From the NCBI GenBank assembly GCA_963665155.2, contig OY761986.2:215789-279788 (forward strand): a stretch of DNA of 64,000 bases. The letters are read 5' to 3'. This document shows, piece after piece, positions 10,069 to 17,717 of the stretch (its first letter is position 1; each line of letters begins with the position of its first letter). The stretch comes from Dehalococcoidia bacterium (lineage in GTDB: Bacteria > Chloroflexota > Dehalococcoidia > Lucifugimonadales > UBA3495). Under the pieces are notes generated by a model, which was given only the letters and a program-made list of their open reading frames with translations, did no database searches and was not told where the DNA came from. Position numbers and translations under genes: made by a program.

Positions 10069-10105
10069 CCCTCCCCCGTGGGGCATTTTGCCCCACGGGG
10101 GAGGG
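10069..10105. other. 15-bp perfect stem, 7-nt loop hairpin
   Basis: CCCTCCCCCGTGGGG cattttg CCCCACGGGGGAGGG. Confidence 0.9.
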
Positions 10106-10133
10106 CCGTGCCCCATCACGCCCGGAATCCCCA

Positions 10134-10149
10134 TGTTCCACGTGGAACA
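10134..10149. promoter_or_regulatory. parS-like 16-bp palindrome
   Basis: TGTTCCACGTGGAACA compared with the ParB-binding consensus TGTTNCACGTGAAACA. There is one mismatch, plus the N position. It lies ~20 kb from dnaA. Confidence 0.45.
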
Positions 10150-10239
10150 TTTCGTAGCTGGCCGTACCCCATGGCCCTGGAACCAGCCCTTCCCAGAAAG
10201 TGTTGCCTGAATTGGCCCCAAACCCCCCGAAATTCCCCT

Positions 10240-10311
10240 ATTCCAGCTACGAAACTGGTCCCCTGCCCCGTCCCGCCCCAAGTCCAAATCCCTGTACACG
10301 TCTATGACATC
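10240..10311 (+). repeat. repeat family member A2
   Basis: ATTCCA starts at 10240 and CTGTACACG at 10292, an offset of 52 nt. Confidence 0.8.
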
Positions 10312-10335
10312 ACCACCGGGGCGTGGCGCCTGAAA

Positions 10336-10373
10336 CCCTATAAGGTGGTTCATCTGTGAACCACCTTATAGGG
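10336..10373. other. 17-bp stem hairpin
   Basis: CCCTATAAGGTGGTTCA tc.. TGAACCACCTTATAGGG, followed by GGTTTGT. Confidence 0.85.
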
Positions 10374-10459
10374 GGTTTGTCCCGGAACAGCCGCCCATCA
10401 GACTGGAAGACAAAGGCCGGTTCCGGCGGGTAATTGACGCCGGCAACCGGGGGAGGGAT

Positions 10460-10684
10460 ATGATGCGAAAGAAGAAAGGCAAGGGCCGCAGAGACCAGAC
10501 CGGCAGGGCGGCCACGTACCCCGTCGCCGCGCCTCCGGTCTACACGGCGGAGCAGCGGGAGACGGTGCGGCGGGGGCTGCGCGTCCTGGCCAGGATCATC
10601 GCCCGCGCCCACCTGCGGCGGCAGGCGGAACGGGCGCGCGTGCACTGCTCCGGTCCACCGCTAGAGGAAAGGGCCGATGCATGA
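10460..10684 (+). CDS. hypothetical small basic protein (74 aa)
   Basis: GGGAGGG lies just upstream of tandem ATGs. The Arg-rich helical-looking segment is RETVRRGLRVLARIIARAHLRRQ. No family recognised. Confidence 0.3.
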   Translation: MMRKKKGKGRRDQTGRAATYPVAAPPVYTAEQRETVRRGLRVLARIIARAHLRRQAERARVHCSGPPLEERADA

Positions 10685-10745
10685 TGCGTTCCCGTGCCCC
10701 CCCGATGCCATCAACTCACCACCAGCCATCCCAACCCTTTCAATG

Positions 10746-10766
10746 ATTCCCTATTAGGAATATAAT
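10746..10766 (+). promoter_or_regulatory. candidate TA promoter: ATTCC-N6-GGAAT inverted repeat overlapping a TATAAT box
   Basis: TATAAT at 10761-10766 ends only 6 nt before the ATG at 10773, and there is no spaced SD. This suggests a leaderless transcript. The -35 element is weak. Confidence 0.35.
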
Positions 10767-10772
10767 GGGGTC

Positions 10773-11135
10773 ATGGCCTGGGAGGTTGAATACACGGACC
10801 AGTTTGGGCAGTGGTGGCGCGACCTGTCGGAGGACCAGCAAGACGCGGTGGCCTCCAGGGTTGAGTTATTGATGGAGCACGGTCCCAACCTGCCCTACCC
10901 CTATTCCTCGGATATAAGGGGTTCACGCCACGGGCGGATGCGAGAACTCCGGGCACAAAGGGCGGGCAGGGCCATCCGGGTCCTGTACGCCTTTGACCCC
11001 AGGCGGACATCCATATTGCTAATCGGCGGCGACAAGACGGGCAACGACCGATTCTACCATGAGTACGTGCCCATAGCCGACGACCTTTATGACGTGCATC
11101 TGGAAGAACTACGTGAGGAGGGGTTAATCGAATGA
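10773..11135 (+). CDS. type II toxin, RelE/HigB-like (Gp49-type addiction-module killer)
   Basis: 120 aa. The motif ...RMRELRAQRAGRAIRVLYAFDPRRTSILLIGGDKTG... is typical of this family. It overlaps the downstream HTH gene by 4 nt (ATGA). Confidence 0.75.
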   Translation: MAWEVEYTDQFGQWWRDLSEDQQDAVASRVELLMEHGPNLPYPYSSDIRGSRHGRMRELRAQRAGRAIRVLYAFDPRRTSILLIGGDKTGNDRFYHEYVPIADDLYDVHLEELREEGLIE

Positions 11136-11467
11136 GCGGACGTCATTCCTTCAGTGAACTGACAAAGGACTTCACCCCGGAGCGCCGGAGCCGTATCGAC
11201 GCCATGAAAGCCGAACTGCTGGCGGATATGCCGCTACACGAACTGCGCCGGGCCAGGGCGTTGAGCCAGCGAGACCTGGCCGAGCGGCTGAAAGTAAACC
11301 AGCCGGCCATCGCCAAGCTGGAGCGGCGCGCGGACGTGTACGTCTCCAGCCTACGGTCCTACATCGAAGCGGTGGGCGGGAAGTTGAAGATCATCGCCGA
11401 GTTTCCCGAAGGCGAGGTGGCAATTACAAACTTCTCCCACGTGGGAGAAGGCGAGGACGGCCCATAG
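11132..11467 (+). CDS. XRE-family HTH antitoxin (HigA-like)
   Basis: LHELRRARALSQRDLAERLKVNQPAIAKLERR is an HTH motif. The gene is translationally coupled to the toxin gene. Confidence 0.8.
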   Translation: MSGRHSFSELTKDFTPERRSRIDAMKAELLADMPLHELRRARALSQRDLAERLKVNQPAIAKLERRADVYVSSLRSYIEAVGGKLKIIAEFPEGEVAITNFSHVGEGEDGP

Positions 11468-11554
11468 AGGGCGGAGAAGGCGTCGTTAGTCTTTGGAAGG
11501 TGAAAGAACTGAACACCGGGCTGAGGCGGCGAGTACGGGGCAGCCCTGGAAATT

Positions 11555-13240
11555 ATGACGACCCAGACGAACATCCTCTATCCGATTGCCCGCAGCGACT
11601 CCGGACAGGCAGTGCACGTAGGGGAAGCCTCTAAAGGCTGCTCCTACGAATGCTTCGGATGCTCCGCCCCGATGGTGGCCAAGCAGGGCGGCAAGCGGCG
11701 GTGGCATTTCGCTCACAAACCTCCCTTTGAACGCTGCGCCGACCCGGACAAGGCACTACACGATACGGCCAAAGCCCTGATTATGCAGGGCTTCTCAGGC
11801 GCCCTGGCCCGGCAGGGCGCCTATCGCCTGGGGTGTCCATGTGAGGAATGCGGTAGGCCAGTCTCCCGGAATATCGCGGTCCCAGGGGCCAAGGTGGAAG
11901 CGGAAAAGAGTGTCGTGGCGGGTACCCGCTCCGACCTGGTGGTCAATCAGCCCGGTAGAGGCCCGGTCATCATCGAGGTAGTGGTCACTCACGACCTGGA
12001 ACCGGAGTCCCGCGAGAGTTATGAGAAGTCGGGGACTCCGATCCTGAAAATCCGTCCCACATGGGACACGCTGGACAAACTGGAGTCAGAGGTCATATCA
12101 GACGATACTCTCAACGTTCCGCCCGTCCGTTGCGCCTCGTGCAAGCGGGCAACGGAACGTCGGCGTCGTGAACGGGAGCAGATTCAAGAGCGCGTCGATT
12201 CGATGCTCAGGCAATTGAATGAACGGCGGCAGCCGGACCAGGGCAAGTTCCCGTTTCGCCCCTGGACGCACGACCAGTTTGAGCGGCCCATGTTCCCACG
12301 CATACGCCAACAGGCGTACACCAACGCCCTTATCTTGACCGGGTCGGGGTTTGTCCAAGCCAAGCAGAAGCCGTGGCTGTTCTTGTTCCGGCTACCGGGC
12401 GGCGTTTTCTTCGCCAACTTCGGGTCAAACGAAGAAGTTGCGATCTGGGAAGACCCGGCGGCTTTCATTCACTGGAAGCTGGACAGATACTCAGAGGAAA
12501 TAGAGAAGGCCACCAGCCGAGTTGAACGCTTCCACTCCCAGTTTCTGGCGGATGCGCTGTGCGAGAGTTTGAAAGGAGACCGGTCGTTGTTCGACCAGGT
12601 TTGGACATTGGTTGCCCCGTCCGGTTGGGAGATTCCACAATGGTCAGACCAAGTTAGAGTTGTACCAGAGCAAAAGGTGGAGGGAGGCCGTGTGGACATC
12701 TGCATTCACTGCTTTGCTCCGCAGGACCGGGTTGTAGGGATTGAAATCAAGACAGTGGAAGACTCAACCGAGCCTGGTCAGTTGGAGCGGTACCGCGCGG
12801 GCCTGAAGAGAAAATTCTGGGAGTCCGAGATACAGATTGCTTACCTCACGCCTTTCAACAGGGAACATGCTGGAAATGGGGCCGACTCACTCCCCACTGT
12901 TATGGAGTTCGAACGATTCAAACGATTGAATCCCGAGGCGCGCCCGCGCCATGTGAGTTGGCTCGACCTGGAAAGCATACCCTGGGATGGCGACCCGTTG
13001 TGGGAGCAACATCGAGCCTACGTGCGCAACCACATTTCGTCCCCCCAGAACCGACGGGCGAGTGTGGAGCAGAACCGGGATCTGGCCTTTTTCTTTGGTG
13101 TGGAACCCGCTGAACGCTTTTGGGCAGAGGTTCGCGCATTGACGGTAAAGGAAGAGGGCAAGCGCGTCTTCATAGACTTGGCAGACCAACCAGACCCTTC
13201 TGCGGTCGCCAAATCGCTTGTAAGAGAGCGTGTCCCATAA
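11555..13240 (+). CDS. CoiA-like nuclease domain fused to a second PD-(D/E)xK-like domain (561 aa)
   Basis: The N-terminus has YECFGCSAPMVAKQGGKRRWHFAHK (CoiA-type Zn motif) and RSDLVV...VIIEVVVTH. The C-terminus has GRVDICI...VVGIEIKTVEDSTEPGQLERY (D...E.K motif). Confidence 0.65.
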   Translation: MTTQTNILYPIARSDSGQAVHVGEASKGCSYECFGCSAPMVAKQGGKRRWHFAHKPPFERCADPDKALHDTAKALIMQGFSGALARQGAYRLGCPCEECGRPVSRNIAVPGAKVEAEKSVVAGTRSDLVVNQPGRGPVIIEVVVTHDLEPESRESYEKSGTPILKIRPTWDTLDKLESEVISDDTLNVPPVRCASCKRATERRRREREQIQERVDSMLRQLNERRQPDQGKFPFRPWTHDQFERPMFPRIRQQAYTNALILTGSGFVQAKQKPWLFLFRLPGGVFFANFGSNEEVAIWEDPAAFIHWKLDRYSEEIEKATSRVERFHSQFLADALCESLKGDRSLFDQVWTLVAPSGWEIPQWSDQVRVVPEQKVEGGRVDICIHCFAPQDRVVGIEIKTVEDSTEPGQLERYRAGLKRKFWESEIQIAYLTPFNREHAGNGADSLPTVMEFERFKRLNPEARPRHVSWLDLESIPWDGDPLWEQHRAYVRNHISSPQNRRASVEQNRDLAFFFGVEPAERFWAEVRALTVKEEGKRVFIDLADQPDPSAVAKSLVRERVP

Positions 13241-13303
13241 ACCCTCTTCCCGGGGGGTTGGTGAAGCAGTAATCTGATAGAAACAACTGGCAGGCACGAT
13301 ACT

Positions 13304-14716
13304 ATGGCTTATAACCTTTTGCGCTGCGAGCGAGACCAGAGCTACTTGATGCCGCCGTCCATGAGGGATTGGTTGAGCGAGGGTCACCTGGCCTGGTTCA
13401 TTGTGGATGCAGTAGGCCAGATGGATCTGAGGGAGTTCTATGCAGCCTACCGAAGTGATGGCTGGGGTGCAGCGGCCTACGATCCGGGAATGATGGTGGC
13501 CATCCTGTTGTACGCCTACTGCCTGGGTCTACGCAGTTCCAGGCGCATAGCCCGCGCTCTCGAGGAAGATGTAAGTTTCCGGGTGGTGGCGGCCAACCAG
13601 CAGCCAGACTTCCGTACCATCTGTCGCTTTAGGGCGGAGCACGAGGAGGCGCTCGAGAAGCTCTTTGTAGAGGTACTGAGGCTATGCCATGAAGCGGGTC
13701 TGGTGAAGCTGGGGGTAGTGGCTCTTGATGGGACGAAGGTGGCAGCCAACGCGGCGCTGGCCACCAACCGGAGCCACCAAGCCATTGAGGAAGAAGTGCA
13801 GACGCCTCTCGTCTCTGGCCTCCATCAACTCGTGGACCAGGGCGGCGGCGGTGGTGAAGAGGATGCCCATTACGGTCCCGACCGGCGAGGGGATGAGCTA
13901 CCGGAAGGGCTGGGGGGACGGACGGAGCGGCTCAGGCGCCTGAAGGAAGCCAAGGAACGTCTGCAGCGGGAGGCTGAAGCAGCAGCCAGGGCTGTCCAGG
14001 AGCGCGTGGAGCAACGGCGGGCAGAAGAAGTGGCCACAGGCAAAAAGAAGCGGGGGCGCAAGCCCAAGGTGGTAGAGTCACTTCCTACCGAAGAGGCGAA
14101 GGCTAATACCACCGACCCGGACAGCCGCATCATGAAGACCAGGCAAGGGTACGTGCAGGGCTACAATGCCCAGGCGGTGGTGAGCGAGGGGCAGATCATA
14201 GTAGCCGTTGGAGTGACCCAAGGGGCCAATGATGTGCAGCAACTGGAGCCGATGCTCCAAACCATGGCGCATACTCTGAAGGCAGCCGGCATAGAGGACC
14301 GGCCAAAAGCGGGCCTGGCCGATGCCGGGTACTGGAGTGAGGCCAACATCAGGGCTTGCTCCTGGCCGGAGATGCCTGAGCTTCTTATTGCCACCACCAA
14401 GGATTGGAAACAGCGGAAGATGCTACGGGAGAAGGGGTGTCCCCGAGGACGTATACCAAAAGGACTGAGCCCGAGGGACAGGATGGAGCGCAAGCTGCTG
14501 ACAAAGCGAGGCCGAGCTCTGTACAAGAAGCGGGGTGTACTGGTGGAGCCGGTGTTCGGACAGGTCAAGGAAGGACAGGGGTTCCGACGGTTTATGAGAC
14601 GGGGGTTGGGCGCTGCACAGAGTGAGTGGTCCCTGGCAGGGATGACCCATAACTTGCTCAAGCTATGGCGCAGTGGCCAAGCCCCTTGGGGCTGGGCCCA
14701 GGCCCCACGGAACTAA
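13304..14716 (+). mobile_element. IS1182-family transposase gene (IS fills the 13241-14853 gap; ends not resolved)
   Basis: 470 aa. The N-terminus MAYNLLRCERDQSYLMPPSMRDWLSEGHLAWF...SSRRIARALEEDVSFR is characteristic. The C-terminus has PVFGQVKEGQGFRRFMRRGL. Confidence 0.85.
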
Positions 14717-14853
14717 GAGAGGCAGACGACCTTTCTGGGGGCCGACAAGCGGCCAGTGGAACTGGACGGGCCGACCTCTCTTGAGGCCCATCGCTCCCAC
14801 ACCTGTGTTAGTCAGCTCGCCCACCGGTCTATGAGACAAACTCTGAGGTTTAC

Positions 14854-15141
14854 TCACTTTGGAACGTTCAGTTCAGGGAATCCGGCAGCGCGGTGTTCCT
14901 CGAAGAGTTGGTAGAACTCCTCGACCGTCATCCCGAAGGCCTCACGGAAGACTTCCGGCCAAGTGGTGCCGGGTTGCTTCAGCGCCAAATAGTAGCGAAG
15001 CAATCCATGCTCTCCGACTTGGGATGCCAGCAGCTCCACGGCCAGTAGGAAATAAGGGTATCGGTTGGGTATGTTCCTGATTTGATCCTGGACAATCATT
15101 TCCCGCAGGGGTATGTCGATGCGTTCGGCTCTCGACACCAA
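14854..15141 (-). pseudogene. C-terminal (fourth) module of the peptidase-MA-like protein, out of frame with 15096-17174
   Basis: FLLAVELLASQVGEH...EAFGMTVEEFYQLFEEHRAAGFP repeats the module ending seen three times upstream. The frame change occurs at C5 run 15142-15146. Confidence 0.6.
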
Positions 15142-17174
15142 CCCCCGGTCAGAGTTACGCTTACTTCGTAATCGAGTGCGTCGCCCGCATCCATTGCCCT
15201 GTAGGCAAGATACTCCGCAACGCCCTCATGGAGCCAACGGGGACCAGTCTTAGGTACTTCGTGGTCTTGGCTCCCCCTACTTAAACCGCTCAGTTCGCTT
15301 TGGTACAGGTGAAACAATTCGTGGGCGGCAACTTTGCCACCAGTGTCCGTGTCGAATTTCGTCGCGTTGCCCATCCAATACTTGACACTCGCCCTCGCAA
15401 AGCCGGTCTCCCAATAATCTCGGGAATTCTGCAAGCTCGATCCGGACAGCTTTGAATGTGTGGCGGCCAGGTCGTCCAGGTTCCGGTAAAGGTACACTTC
15501 GTATTCCGATTGAATCCCGGGCATTCCAATAGACTGGGCGTACTCGTGCATTAGCCGGGTACCTTCGACTACCGTTTCGGCAATCTCAGTCGAGACATCG
15601 GGCTCTATGAACCACTTCACGTACTCTGGTGAACCCGGCAAAGTGACCAGCGGCGGGAGTGTGGGACAGCGGGGGCGAGGAAATGCGGCGGCGCGGCGTT
15701 CCTCGAACCGTTGGTAGAATTCTTCGATGGTTATTCCAAAAGCCGCGTGAAACGCCTCCTGCCAGTTGCTCCCGGGTTGCAGCGCAGCAAAATACGCGAT
15801 TACAGCATCTGGGTCTGCCTGCTCCGCCAGCAACTCTACCGCAAGAAAGCCGTGTGCGGAGGAGTTTTCCAGCGCCCAGAAATCCTCCGAGGTTTCGGCT
15901 TCGCTCAAGGGCGTGTCCTCTGACTCTGAGATGCGCGCATAGCTGCTCCTGGTCGGGTCGCATGACTCCGGGACCGTCGACCTGAGCGCCTGGTAGGTGA
16001 TGTATTTCTCGGAGCCTTTCCTTAACCATGCGGGGCCGCCAGGCGGCACACGGTCAGCCGGGGCCCACAGTCGCAGGCCGCTCATCTCTTGCAGGAGAGC
16101 ATCGCTAAAGTGGACTCCCAGTTGCCGCTCGCGGGTTTCCGCCGACCACTCCTGGTAGCGATCTGCCGATGTGTTCACTGCTACCCAGTTTGAGCCGTTT
16201 GCGAACGGGTTTCGCCCGGCGGCAAAATCCGGCCCAACCCGGTTTTCCAACTCACGGCCGGTAGTTGCCTCAAATTCGGCTGCCAGGGCATCCAGGTTGC
16301 GGTGGAGGAAGATGGTTATCGGGCTGCCAAGCCGAGACAATCCGAGGTCAACGGCGTAATCGTGGACCGCGAGGACCGTCTCCCTCGCCTCGGCCACCGC
16401 CGTGGGATTCACCTCATCGCCGACCTTCCAGAAGATGTAGTCGTCAACAGTCTGCGGCCCCGTTGGCGTGGGGCGGTTCGGGTCGGGGAACCCGGCGGCG
16501 CGGTGCTCTTCGAACAGATCGTAGAACTCGTCTATGGTCATTTCATACGCCTGCTCGAATGCCAAACGCCATCCGGGACGGGGATGCCGTTCAGAGGAAA
16601 GCCCCAAGGGCATCATCCAGGGTTCCAAAAGCATGAAGTAGTCAGGAAGCTTGCTGAGTCCGACGTGAGAGGCCAACAATTCGGCGGCAACAAACCCACA
16701 CATATGTATGCATTCAATCCACTCGCTTCTGTCGCTTCTGTCGTTGCGCTCTTCATCCGTTAGATGCTCCGGGTAAAGTTCGACTTCCAGAAGCTGCATA
16801 TCCAGGGCCTTCCCACCCTTCACATAGCGTTCTCGGAGCTTTGAATAATCGGTGCCAAGGTGATCGGAAACTAGTAACTGATGTATCATGGTAGCCATGC
16901 CCTCGACCAGCCAACGCGGCTCTGTAACTGCTCCATACTGAGTAAACGCCACCGGGTCCGTTAAAAATCCTGCTATATTATGCTGAAAGGTGTTGTGAAC
17001 CAAGTCGTGGACCACTGAACTCAGCAGACTGTGACCGTGCGAATCCCGCGGCTGTTCACCGGCAGAGGACGCCTTGACAATCAATCCGGTCCGGTCAACG
17101 GCTATCCACCTCCCCGTCTCCCATTGCTTCCTGAGCCTATCAATTGGCCAGCCCCACTGCTTGTGGTGCTGCAA
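15096..17174 (-). CDS. modular peptidase-MA-like (HExxH) protein, three repeated modules
   Basis: AAHELFHLYQ (HExxH) followed by GPRWLHEGVAEYLAY. Degenerate copies are HDLVH...EPRWLVEGMATMI. Each module ends with EEFYxxFEExRAAxFP. The N-terminus appears frameshifted as well. Confidence 0.6.
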   Translation of the reverse strand: MQHHKQWGWPIDRLRKQWETGRWIAVDRTGLIVKASSAGEQPRDSHGHSLLSSVVHDLVHNTFQHNIAGFLTDPVAFTQYGAVTEPRWLVEGMATMIHQLLVSDHLGTDYSKLRERYVKGGKALDMQLLEVELYPEHLTDEERNDRSDRSEWIECIHMCGFVAAELLASHVGLSKLPDYFMLLEPWMMPLGLSSERHPRPGWRLAFEQAYEMTIDEFYDLFEEHRAAGFPDPNRPTPTGPQTVDDYIFWKVGDEVNPTAVAEARETVLAVHDYAVDLGLSRLGSPITIFLHRNLDALAAEFEATTGRELENRVGPDFAAGRNPFANGSNWVAVNTSADRYQEWSAETRERQLGVHFSDALLQEMSGLRLWAPADRVPPGGPAWLRKGSEKYITYQALRSTVPESCDPTRSSYARISESEDTPLSEAETSEDFWALENSSAHGFLAVELLAEQADPDAVIAYFAALQPGSNWQEAFHAAFGITIEEFYQRFEERRAAAFPRPRCPTLPPLVTLPGSPEYVKWFIEPDVSTEIAETVVEGTRLMHEYAQSIGMPGIQSEYEVYLYRNLDDLAATHSKLSGSSLQNSRDYWETGFARASVKYWMGNATKFDTDTGGKVAAHELFHLYQSELSGLSRGSQDHEVPKTGPRWLHEGVAEYLAYRAMDAGDALDYEVSVTLTGGWCREPNASTYPCGK

Positions 17175-17379
17175 AGTCAGCCTCTCGATGTCGTGGTCAA
17201 TCTAAATTCCGAATGGTTCTATGGGCTCCGGCACACCCAACGATTATCTCAACAACTCAACCATCCTGGCTCCCTGAATTACTGTTTCCACCTCCACTGG
17301 ATGGTGGATTTCACCTACGATTTGCCATTTGATGTAGGACGACAACCCTGGGTCCTGGAGTAACTCGGCAAATGGTCCG

Positions 17380-17443
17380 GGCGTGGGCGTAGCCGTGGGT
17401 GCGGGTGTCGGGGACGGCGTGGGCGTAGCCGTGGGTGCGGGTG
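17380..17443. repeat. 36-nt direct repeat x2 (Pro/Thr/Ala linker in one minus frame)
   Basis: GGCGTGGGCGTAGCCGTGGGTGCGGGTG occurs at 17380 and 17416. One minus frame reads PAPTATPTPSPTPAPTATPTP. Confidence 0.8.
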
Positions 17444-17717
17444 GCAGCGGTCCCAGCCAACCTGTCGCTCAATCGCTGTCGAGCCCCAGTATGCCCTCAA
17501 CACTTTCGACCGTTAGCTCCCCTGTCAGGGATTGCTTGATCAGCTCGGTTGCGATGGCAATATCCCTGTCGTTGAACTGACCTTCTGCATCTGCCGCTGC
17601 CAGGAAATCTCCTTCAGACTGACATTGCTACCCGAGGAGAAAATACTTGGGAGACACCCGCTGAGAGCGTGTTTCCAAAATCCCCTCTCCCTCCGGGAGA
17701 TGGCCAGGGCGCCCCCG

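Noticed and set aside
7149-10311. Integron attC sites or DGR template/variable repeats for the four-member repeat family
   Set aside because: The ends do not fit the RYYYAAC/GTTRRRY attC cores in either orientation, and no integrase is present. Differences between copies are not adenine-specific, and the only RT nearby is a canonical group II intron RT.
13241-14853. Terminal inverted repeats and target duplication of the first IS1182-family element
   Set aside because: I could find only a weak match (GAGGGTTTATGG vs GAGGTTTACTCA) between the two flanks. The element boundaries are therefore left unresolved rather than reported.
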